DNA from: Paraglomus brasilianum
Taxonomy: Eukaryota
Direction: 5' to 3'
Length of the DNA: 34,908 bases
NCBI GenBank assembly: GCA_910592345.1
Contig: CAJVPI010000007.1
Coordinates: forward strand, 62,001 to 96,908
The notes under the pieces were generated by a model, which saw only the letters and a list, made by a program, of their open reading frames with translations, ran no database searches and was not told the DNA's origin. Below, in pieces: positions 25,600 to 34,908 of this stretch; within the stretch, counting starts at the first letter, position 1, and the number at the start of each line of letters is the position of its first letter. A program made the translations under genes and the position numbers.

Positions 25600-27032
25600 A
25601 GATCTCTATGTTAATTCACCAACATTAACTTGCGGATGACTTCTCATCTTAAACCATACCTCGATAAATATCCACAACATGCTCCTGTGTTAAATCAAGT
25701 ATATCTTGATTTAGTATATGGCAAGTTTAACTGTTTATATCTCCACAGCTTTACATCAAGACATTAATCGTTTGATCAAACAGTCAAGGAATGGGTTGAA
25801 GTAATAATAAAGGACATTGAAAGTCTCCGGAAATGTATCATACTTGCTCGATCTAAGCCTGAAGTAGGATATGGTCCCGATTGATTTGATGGAAACATTC
25901 TACTTGACGAAAACTAGTTAACATCCATTCCATTTAGCAAACTCAATTTCAAGTAGTTGTCCCGTGTTCACTATTAGAGAAATGGTCTATTAGAAGGTAA
26001 GCTCAGCTTAACATTGATAATTGTGGTTGATGAACGGTGTGCTCATTGTCACTTTACTATACCAGTTTATTGCAAGTAATGGACGTTATTCCATCATATT
26101 TATCTGCCCAGTGGTTAGTGTTAACCAATGTTGCTTTATACACAGTTTGTTTTTCTTATTTAAATATTATCTTTTACATACGTTGCAGTGTCATACTTGC
26201 CATAACTTCAACTGACTCAACAGTAGTATACTACAAGATAGGCCATGGACTTGCTGCTCCGAATCTTGCAGAAGATCATGGTCAGAAAAATGTAACATCA
26301 TCCATAGCAGTAGAAGACAAAACTGATACAAAAAGTTGATAGACTGTATATCCTTGTACTGGATCCAGTATACTGATATTTAAGATGCATTGGATTATAA
26401 AAGCGAACAAGTGTTGAATCTTATCAAATTGCCTTTTTTATATGATTATCATAGACTATTATCTCACATATCTAAAGATTTGAATGCTAAAGATTTGAAA
26501 CGCTATTAACGCGAATTAGCTGTAACATCACAAGATCAATAACCAAAGCCGTCTCAAATACCTCGTATAGCACATTTGCAAACTACGGATTGCTAGAAGC
26601 CATAAATTCTGCCACTTTATCGAACTGCATCGAAAATCTTTAATAGACAGCTTGATTCAATCCTCCTCGGCAAGTTATCATAACTTGAATGGATTCCCTG
26701 TTCTGAAATCACTGATATTAAGTCAACTCCAACAGACGATATCTATTACGCTAGTCGCAAGCAAACGCGGGGTAATGGTAAAGTTTATGACACGACGACA
26801 GTGTTGCTATTCCTTGGAAATAGCCAGAATATACTCACTTTCGACACACAAGTCAAACAATTTAGACGATATTCCAAATGGAGATAACTATTACACGATC
26901 TATGGATTCTGCACTGCATGTGAAATACTTCGATGTAGTCCCGTGTGGTGCATAAGAGCAACTCGATGAGATTATCAATTACAAACAAACTCAGTAAATG
27001 ATGCCTATTTGGAATGGATTCCATTTGATCGT
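25600..27032 (+). pseudogene. Degenerate fragment resembling the N-terminal region of Glomeromycota-type protein kinases
   Basis: YGFCTACEILRCSPVWC followed by IDEII..Q..YLEWIPFDR (~26900-27032), the motif that precedes the kinase domain in these families. Many stops; no kinase core follows. The left boundary is approximate. Confidence 0.4.
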
Positions 27033-27519
27033 AGTTAATTTACCATCCCAATTCATTACTTAGCACTCTATTTCCTCTCAGACGTCTACTCGCGAATTAG
27101 GAGTTCCACTAACTCATTTCAAAATACACGGAGTGAATTTTTGACCAATCAAATAATTCCAAAGTAAATAGCAAAATCGCCGAGCTAGGATTGCACCAAT
27201 AATCTTGCAATTAGCACCGAAATCTAATATACTGAATCAGTACATTGTTGATTTTACAAGATAGTATTTTAATAATGGCGTCTTTGTTATAGTCTATTAA
27301 TATTTGTTTCTGGATCTTTTTTTAATTGCATATAATTATATTTTATGACGTAAGGTATCAATAATACTGAACCAACTCATTGATCAAACTGGCATGGCAT
27401 GATGAGCATCGCGAAAAAAAAAAAAGTCAGAAACAATAAATCTTGCTTACCTGTTGATCGCGCTCAATCGTAACCGTAATGAGCAGTAGCATCAACGCTA
27501 CAATAATCAATCAGCTTTA

Positions 27520-28030
27520 CCTCTTGTTATAAATACTCATCTACCAATTTTCTCTGTTCTGCTAATTTCGTATTTTTGTTGTAATAATTTCTCTCCAACT
27601 TAGCCTTAACTAAATTTTCTCAATAGTCTTGCTTTTTCCTCCTTACGAGCATTATACTGTAAACCATTCCGAAAATGTTGGCACGTATCACATAAATCAG
27701 TTCTTGGACTCATGATTTGAATATAAGGCGTTAATATTAATTGGTGTCATAACTTGCGGAATGCATCATAATTTAATAATTTCAACGTGCGATCGTTTTC
27801 GAGACCTGCAATAAAATTGTTTCGGCTGGCAAAAGCGTAAGCGATTGAGTAATTCGGTTGACGTTTCTATCAGGACTTGGTAATCCATATAATTCTCGAG
27901 AAAATTCTTCACGGTTGTAGCAACGTCTTTATCAATGGTTATTTTGGTCTTTCATCATTCGTTTCTAGATGATTTCGAGTGAGTGCGACCAATTCCTAAC
28001 ATGTTAAGGCACAAAGGGACGTATTGCGAT
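27520..28030 (-). mobile_element. Transposase fragment, possibly Sola-like
   Basis: Minus-strand fragments YGLPSPDRNVNRITQSLTLLPAE, FRKL and QIMSPRTDLCDTCQHFRNGLQYNARKEE. The PxxDxCxxC motif is typical of Sola-type DDE transposases. Frameshifted; ends not defined. Confidence 0.45.
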
Positions 28031-28098
28031 CTCAATAATAAAAAGGTTTGTTATTAGTACGCCGGCTGAGTAGTATGTTTATGTTCATTCTGGCACAG

Positions 28099-28420
28099 TT
28101 TTTGGTACCGCATTTTTTAACCGAGTTAGCTAGCAATTAGCGCGCGGAGCGCGGGCTAGCAAAATAAGGTTAATAAAAATTTTCGTTGAATTAGCTAAAA
28201 AACGCTAAAAAATTATAGGTCTAATAAAGATTTTCACCGAATTAGATGCTAAATCGTCGTTTATGTATAAGTTAGACCAGCTTTTTTTTGGTACCGCATT
28301 TTTTAACCGAGTCTCCGACTCATAAAAATTTTTTTGGTACCCTTCTGTGATGATATTGAGTAATAACCTTTAATTCGCTGTGGTACCACTGTGGTACTGC
28401 TAAAACTTTTTGGTACCCGA
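28099..28420. repeat. Cluster of T-run-GGTACC motifs including a 27-bp direct repeat
   Basis: TTTTTGGTACCGCATTTTTTAACCGAG at ~28099 and ~28285; further GGTACC/GGTACT at ~28336, 28382, 28393 and 28412. Confidence 0.7.
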
Positions 28421-28789
28421 AAATTTTTTAACAGAATGCTAACAAAGTGTACGATTTTTCTTAAGATGTTTCTGATAATACCTACCAACGTAAAAGCGGG
28501 CAACTATACTCACCAATCATTGTTTTCGTTTTAGGGAAAATCTCTGTGTATATGAGGCAAACATTTAATTGAACATAAGTTCACTATAAGTAATATATAA
28601 AAGTTCTAGTACCATTATTCGTCCCGCGATATACGAAAAATTTGGTGTTACCACAGCAAGTGACAGCAAAAACATGAAGTCATCATAAATATAGACCAAA
28701 TGAAAACAGCTTATCCATACAGTGACATTATACATGCTCTTCTATATCCAAGAAAATGAGTACTTCAAAAAATATTCGAATACAGACAA

Positions 28790-29896
28790 TTAATGTTTAA
28801 GGACCCAATCAGGTGGCAATTCAGTGTCGTGTGGAATAATCATTAATTCTTCACGAACAAATGATCTTTGAGGCCCATTTCCGTCAATATCTTGCAGCCA
28901 GTACAAAACGGGCTGATTTTTTTGTATGAGCGATTCTTTGATACGATAAATTTGCGGTGACCAAATAGAATCAGTCGCGCGACGTCTCCCTCCTTCCAAT
29001 TCACCGGCATCAAGTAAATATCTAACCGAATTATTATGAGTTAAACGGATTTCGTCATAACCCATAGGACCATTGCGAGGCTTGGACGGTTTTGCAAACA
29101 CATATTTCTTTTTTATCGCTTGTGCCGGAGTCATCCCAATCAAACGGGATACAGAATTATTAAGGTCGTTGACAATAGTTGGCAGATTTTTTACCCATGC
29201 CCTTGAACGTTTATTTAGGGGTAACAAAGAATCTTCAGCATCTTGTATTATGTATAACCGTTCAGCCAATGTACGATTATACCTTTCAACAATGCTAACT
29301 CCGCGTTTAGTCTTAGCTTGTATATGATTTATATTGTATTTAGCGTAAAATTTATTGCAATCACCGACATACTCGGAGCCTTTATCAGTTATTATAACTT
29401 TCGGAAATTCAAGAGGACAATCAGGATCATTATAGATTTTTAGCATAGCCTTAACAATCGCCTTAGAGGTGAGGATGTTTTCTCGAGACTGTTCGTCATT
29501 GCGTAAAACAGCACCAATAGGAACTGACGCTTTATACCGCGAAGCGACATCTACGCAATTGGCACAAAACATATATGTCTTTCTCCCAACTTTATCGTAA
29601 GAGGTATATAGCGTATCCCATTGATGTACCTCATTCGGAATATATTGTATTGAATGCTACACGTGGAATAAATTTCGGGCGGGGCTTATGTATTTGGTGC
29701 AACGCCTGTTTGTTTAACCATTCTCTAACATCAGCCAATGAAAAGTTATTTCCGGTTTTTTTACACGCATCGCGCAATTTTTCAGCGGTACGATAATAAC
29801 CCTGAGGTCTATAATACAATTTCCAAGCTCAATAGCAATGTCGAGTCTACGTGCTATTTTGGGATCAATAGAAATAATGGGAACGTTGCTTGCCAT
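28790..29896 (-). pseudogene. Polinton/Maverick-type retroviral-like DDE integrase, two frameshifts
   Basis: Reconstructed MASNVPIISIDPKIARRLDIAIEL/WKLYYRPQGYYRTAEKL..VREWLNKQALHQIHKP../PNEVHQWD(D1)TL..CVDVASRY..IITD(D2)KGSEY..IVE(E)RYNRTL..WVKNLPTIVNDLNNSVSRLIGMTP..WSPQIYRI..LYWLQD..RSFVREELM. The YY..KL..V.EWL..Q...LHKP N-terminus and WS..IY.I..Y.L.D C-terminus are Polinton-integrase-like. Confidence 0.85.
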
Positions 29897-29915
29897 TTTT
29901 TGATCAACTATAATA

Positions 29916-32078
29916 ATGGAAGACAATTTGCTAGATCCAGCATTTGTGCAACTTGCACAATCGAATATCGAATTACGGGAGGAATTAAATCGCGAGGTAG
30001 AAATAAACCGTACGAATGAGAGAAAAATCCATAAGCTTATACGGGATTTAGAAAAATGTGAGGGAGAGTTAACACGTCGTAGTACCACTATCCTTGATCA
30101 GGAAGAGGAGATCCAAAACGTAAAAAATCAAATAACAGATTTACGCAAACAATTAAGATCGGCTCTCAAGGAATTAAGGCAAACGAAACCGTTATTGATG
30201 CCAAAAATAACCAGATAACCGGGTATGAGAAGGATATTTTAAAACTTAAGGCGAGAATCAAAGAATTAACATGTCACAAAAAAATATCGCCTAATCAAAT
30301 AGAAATGACATCTTCACCAAGATCACCAAGAATCGGAGATGACACAACGCTTGCATCATTTGAAAGTCTCTGTCAATCAATCAGGAATAATTTACAACAC
30401 TTTCCTACTACAACGTTAGGAAATACAGTTAGGCGGGCTTTGGATGGAATTACTCAACATTACAATCAATCCCAGGATGTAATACATAATTTAGAAAGAA
30501 AATTACGGGACTTACGTAATAATGCTACATCAACAATCCAACACCATCAAAATACGAATTACAACCTAAATCAACGGCTGATACAAGAAATAGAAAGAGC
30601 GAATAAAGCTACCCTTGACAACGGAGCATTGTGGAGAACCAATGCAAATATACGGGATGCGTGGTGCATGTGTGAAGAGGATTATAGGAGCGAAAAATTA
30701 ATGCACACATTCTGGCGAGTCTATTATGCGAAAAATTATTATCTAAAATTTTCGCTCTCAAACTTCTTTGCAATAAGTATAAAAATAAAGCCCAACCGCG
30801 CGCTATTTTATATGGGAAATACAATAAATGGAAAAATAGGACAAGAGCAAAACACGCCAAATATAGTAAATGGAAGCTTAGAACGAGGCTAGTCCGCGAT
30901 GCTAATTTAGAATTTGAAGATCGAATTAATTTTTTAAATCAGAGAATTTTAGATTTACAGAATAATATACAACCACAAAATCAAAACATGGCAACTTTAT
31001 CTGATGTTACGATATCATTAGCACCAAATATTGCCCAAATTCCGCAATATACAGGGCAGGAACCACCAGATGATTATGTTAATAAAATCAAACAAGTTTT
31101 TTCATATGGGATAGCCTTCAATGTTAACGAGTTTAATGATGCTGTAAAGACTAATATCTTAAAGTCCAAAATGTCTGGTAAGTACGCACCAGTCCCCGCA
31201 CAATATCCCGCTGGTACTGATATTAACACTCCTGCTCTATTCAGAGACTGGATTAGACACAGATATCATGAATTGACTTTAGGATCACGCCAGGCCTCTT
31301 TATCAAAATTGGCTCAAGAAAAATTCTTACCAATAGATACTCCAGAAACTTATGAAGAGAGAATTTGTTTGCTATTGTTACAGACACCAAATAATAATGC
31401 TGATGCTTTGGCAATATTATGGAACCATTTGCCAGATGAACTCTTTACACGCGTTAAGATTGCTAATCCAGGAGATATAAATGCATTCTTTACTGCTATC
31501 AAAAATACATGGCAAGAACGAAAGCCTGTTACTTTTGCATACAATGGGGGTCTCATTGGAGCACCACTTATTTGCCCAGTTCATTACCACTTACGCAAGA
31601 ACAACCATTAGAATCAACTCAACAAGTTTCTCGAAATAAGAAGGCATATGATCTTTTGGAAATAATTGCTATGAGATTGAATTATCCAGATAATGCACCC
31701 CGAGATCCAGATGCTTTTAATAATTTTATTGAAAATGAATTAGGAAGACGATTAGGGTATGAAAATTTTCATCTTTATCGCACACCCATAGAGAAAATTA
31801 ATACAGTCAGAAGAGTTTCAGGCACAAAGCGCTTCACTCCAGCCATACGACAGCAGAAGTCAGTATGCAAAAATACAAGGGTAAAAACGCGACAGCCCCC
31901 TGACATACAGCCAAAAAAAACCAATTACGCAGTAAGATTTGAGGAAGAATATCATTCAGATAGCACCTCTGTAAATTCAGAAGAATCAGAAGAGGAGGAC
32001 TTGTCTGATCAAGAAGAGAGTTCTGAGGAAGATGAGAACAATTCACGTCAGTCTTTTGGGTTAAAAAAAAAAAGGTAG
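29916..32078 (+). pseudogene. Long gag-like ORF (coiled-coil N-terminus, capsid-like region, acidic tail) broken by ~3 frameshifts
   Basis: ORFs 29916, 30305, 30988 and 31509 join via single-base shifts near 30180, 30780 and 31560. Contains IPQYTGQEPPDDY, FNDAVKTNILKSKMSG, WIRHRY and QEKFLPIDTPETYEERI (retrotransposon-gag-like). Ends SFGLKKKR*. Confidence 0.65.
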
Positions 32079-33118
32079 AAAAATCTGGTTCTAAGAAAAA
32101 ACAAAAAGCAGGGGCTTCGAGGCCTCGCTTCTCAGTTACAGAACAACGCAGCTCAAAAAAATCGTCTACAATAGCTATAATTCAAAAAATATTCCGTGCA
32201 TCATTTAAGTCAATGATAGAGGCATTGATTAAGGAATGTCCTGAATCCCTTTTACCACAGGTTTTAGATTATTTGGGTAAAGTATATAACAGTTTGAAGG
32301 ATAGGCTTCTAGACAATTTTGCCTCGAAATATTCTTCCAAGGAGAAAGAGGTAATTTGGAGGGAGGTCACTAAAATTTATAACGATATTTTATTTCCTTT
32401 GATTGAAAGCGTCGATCGGATTAATAAATCAAATGTACAACCCCAGACCAACACATTAAATTTCGCAATCAAGAATTATTATGCAGAAAGCTTACAGAGC
32501 AAGGAGGCTTTTGCCTCTGCCGCTTCATGCCTCGATCAACAAGTGAAAAAATCTTATTGGCCAAACCCAACGCGGGAGATCAATTTTATTCAAGTTAGAA
32601 GTTCTGATGACGTAGCAACAATAACGTGCAAGATTTATTCAACAATCGTGCCATATTAATATGCATTGATCGATTCTGGTTCAAATGAGTCGATTATTTC
32701 AGATGACATTGCAGAAAAAACAGGGCATAAAATCGATAAATTAAATGTCCCATCGATTACAGGCATTGCGAGTAAGGCTAATGTAATTGGTACGGTTTAC
32801 GATTTGCCAGTAACTATTGGCAGTGGTGATGATGCGATCACTATTTATGATAACTTTTCTGTTGTCAAGGCTGAAAGAAATAGAAACGGAGATTATAAAT
32901 CTTTAGTATTGTTTGGGACACCATGGCTTAATAAAATTGGATGGGAGCCTATTGCGAATCGCGAGTTCAAGGTAAACAATAATGGAAAGTGTCTAACTAT
33001 ACCTCTTTCAGTACATAAATCCCAGCGCGAAGTGTTTACAGCAGAAAAATTGGAACACGTTCCAGTTGTTTGGCCACAGAAGGCTTCTGTCAACGATTTA
33101 GTATTAAAAAAAAATTGA
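32072..33118 (+). pseudogene. Retropepsin-type aspartic protease ORF in the -1 frame relative to gag; one in-frame stop at 32657-32659
   Basis: The frame is open from the A-run at 32063-32073. Contains ALIDSGSNESIIS (D-S-G active site), a flap-like ITGIA and VLFGTPWLNKIG. Confidence 0.85.
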
Positions 33119-33453
33119 GTGAGAACCGAAGGCTTCAAGGATCTGCCTCCCGAACATGTAAATATTGTGGTAAGCTGTTTCAATATCCTTGCAGGTTAAA
33201 AGAGCATTTGCGCGCAAAAAATAAATGTATTTTGTCAATAAATGACAGTAGCCTGACAGTTAGCGACAGCATTTCGACAGTGAACAACAGTGTTCCAACA
33301 GTGAACAACAGTGTTCCGACAGTAAACAACAGTGCTCCGACAGTGAACAACATTGTTCCGACAGTGAAAGACAGTGCTCTGACAGTGAACAACAGTGCTC
33401 CGATGAAAAAAAAAAGTGAGCAATTTGTTCCTATTCGATTGATGTTAGCATAA
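33106..33453 (+). CDS. Short C2H2-type zinc-finger ORF in the -1 frame relative to the protease, with a 21-bp repeat tail
   Basis: CKYCGKLFQYPCRLKEHLRAKNKC followed by TVNNSVP-like repeats; no ATG before the finger. Confidence 0.55.
   Translation, partial: KKKLSENRRLQGSASRTCKYCGKLFQYPCRLKEHLRAKNKCILSINDSSLTVSDSISTVNNSVPTVNNSVPTVNNSAPTVNNIVPTVKDSALTVNNSAPMKKKSEQFVPIRLMLA
33256..33402 (+). repeat. 21-bp tandem repeat, ~7 copies
   Basis: Unit ACAGTGAACAACAGTGYTCCG with variants. Confidence 0.9.
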
Positions 33454-33464
33454 TAAATTTGGTT

Positions 33465-33974
33465 TCATTGTGCAAAGCGTTTATTTTTTGTTGTGTTTAA
33501 AAATGGAATAAGCGGTGGTACCATTGAGTCCATATTAGTTCTTTCATATGAGTCAGAGACTTGCCCCTTCAGGAGTGGTACCACAGCATTGTGAAACAAA
33601 GTTTCTGAGCTCGTGTCTAACTTGGTAAAAGTTTCAGCATTATCAGGAGTTTGTGTAAGTGGCTTTGCAGAGCAAATATATACACGCCTTAAAGAGGGCC
33701 ATGGTACACAAGCCTTATTAACTGAGCCTCGAAGCTCCGCTTCTTCAATGATACGACGCCATCCTTCAGTCGGTTCAGAAGGCATTCGATTTTTAATTAT
33801 ATCGTTATATCGCTTCGTACCTATATGGTACTTTTTACACATCACACGACATGCATTCGGAATATTTTCCGGTGCGTTTCTGATTTCTTCGATAGCTTCA
33901 GGTGTCAATGGAGTGGCATCCGGTCTGAGAAATTTACGAACGCAAATCTGATGTGGTGGTGGTTGGTTGTTCAT
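33465..33974 (-). CDS. Intronless hypothetical protein (169 aa), possible HTH-like N-terminal half
   Basis: ATG after an AT-rich leader. LTPEAIEEIR..CRVMCKKYHIGTKRYNDII resembles an HTH pattern. Confidence 0.5.
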   Translation of the reverse strand: MNNQPPPHQICVRKFLRPDATPLTPEAIEEIRNAPENIPNACRVMCKKYHIGTKRYNDIIKNRMPSEPTEGWRRIIEEAELRGSVNKACVPWPSLRRVYICSAKPLTQTPDNAETFTKLDTSSETLFHNAVVPLLKGQVSDSYERTNMDSMVPPLIPFLNTTKNKRFAQ

Positions 33975-34021
33975 GATTAATATATTGGGAAAAAAAATAA
34001 TAATAAAGTAAATTTAATTCT

Positions 34022-34222
34022 ATATGCTACCAGTTTGATATTGATATATTTCTGTAGTGTTATGTCGAATCGGACAATAATAAACTTATTTTTATTCTAC
34101 CAGGTTGACATCATATTCTCCCTTATTTTGTGGAATTAGACAATAATAAGCTTATTTAATTTTGTACGCTACCAATTTGACATCGATATATTTCTGTGAT
34201 ATTATGTTAGATCGGACAATAA
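34022..34222. repeat. Degenerate ~70-bp tandem repeat, 3 copies, between two minus-strand ORFs
   Basis: Units begin CTACCA..TTGAYAT at ~34027, 34097 and 34169 and end GACAATAA. Confidence 0.7.
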
Positions 34223-34268
34223 AGGTAAAAAAGAAAGTTTTCGACAAATTATTTGTGTCTAAGTGATA

Positions 34269-34616
34269 TCACAACGAAAAGGTCGCTATTTTGTTAGCTT
34301 GACGCATTTCTGTTCTAATATTTTGTAAACATGCATAGTGTAAGGCGAGTTTCTGAGCATTAAATCCATCATGGCGGTAAATCCATTCCACGATTTTTCT
34401 TTGTATCTTTATGCACGCTTGAATCCTTTTACCAATTTCCCTTGCGCGTTTGAGTCTTCTGATTGCATTGCATTCCCATAACTCATAACGATGTAATGCA
34501 TACTTATTGTCATAATCATATCCGGAATTAGATTTTTGTTTAATTTTCACATACTCTTCATAATTTACACTACAGTATTTATTTCCGGTACATGGAAATT
34601 TCCAATGCTTCTCCAT
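34269..34616 (-). CDS. Intronless hypothetical protein (115 aa) with an IQ-like segment
   Basis: Open ORF from ATG; CIKIQRKIVEWIYR segment. Confidence 0.5.
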   Translation of the reverse strand: MEKHWKFPCTGNKYCSVNYEEYVKIKQKSNSGYDYDNKYALHRYELWECNAIRRLKRAREIGKRIQACIKIQRKIVEWIYRHDGFNAQKLALHYACLQNIRTEMRQANKIATFSL

Positions 34617-34672
34617 TCCTATATGGTTATAATTTCCTATATTCTTTTTTCTTTGTCCGGTGTATACTGTTG

Positions 34673-34819
34673 TATGTCAGATAGGAATTTATGTCAGATC
34701 GGAATCTATGTCCATTCCGAACTGACATATGTCAGATCAGAATTTATGTCCATTCCGAACTGACATATGTCACATCAGAATCTATGTCCATTCCGAACTG
34801 ACATATGTCAGATCGGAAT
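34673..34819. repeat. 38-bp tandem repeat (~3.4 copies) with a 14-bp palindrome at unit junctions
   Basis: Unit TATGTCAGATCRGAATYTATGTCCATTCCGAACTGACA at 34690, 34728 and 34766, partial at 34804. Junctions read CTGACATATGTCAG (one copy has a single mismatch). Confidence 0.9.
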
Positions 34820-34908
34820 AAGAAAGACCATCAGGTAACGACCTTATAAAAGTATTTTATTGACATTACGATATCAATCCTACATGCGTATAAACAACAG
34901 CGTTTGTT

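Noticed and set aside
29916..33453. Ordinary Ty3/Ty1 LTR retrotransposon
   Set aside because: No RT (YxDD) or RNase H motif, no LTR pair or PBS seen in the window, and the integrase is antisense and Polinton-like.
34673..34819. CRISPR-like array (palindromic repeats of CRISPR-like length)
   Set aside because: Units are contiguous with no unique spacers, there are no cas genes, and the context is eukaryotic.

Overview
AT-rich, intron-containing fungal genomic DNA. The gene families present (HSPA12-like Hsp70, an intronless coiled-coil family, a kinase remnant, the TE types) suggest an arbuscular-mycorrhizal/Glomeromycota-type fungus; this is an inference. The first ~5.6 kb is housekeeping: the 3' end of an eIF2B-gamma-like gene, a DAHP synthase and a convergent BUB2. 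The rest is accessory and TE-rich. It holds an HSPA12-like Hsp70, a GBP-family GTPase with a C-terminal hydrophobic tail, a 413-aa coiled-coil gene, and pogo, Ginger-like and Sola-like remnants. Two systems stand out. (1) Two degenerate IS607-derived Fanzor (eukaryotic TnpB) loci share a ~170-bp upstream module. The longer one has a spliceosomal intron, an N-terminus overprinted on a decayed serine-resolvase frame, and a hairpin-rich 3' end that is a candidate omegaRNA. (2) A >6-kb intronless element (28790 to the window end) has a Polinton/Maverick-type DDE integrase head-to-head with a gag-like/aspartic-protease/C2H2 ORF chain. That chain is linked by two matching TTA-AAA-AAA -1 junctions, no reverse transcriptase is visible in the window, and palindromic tandem repeats lie near the right edge. 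All family calls come from manual translation and motif recognition; no searches were run.
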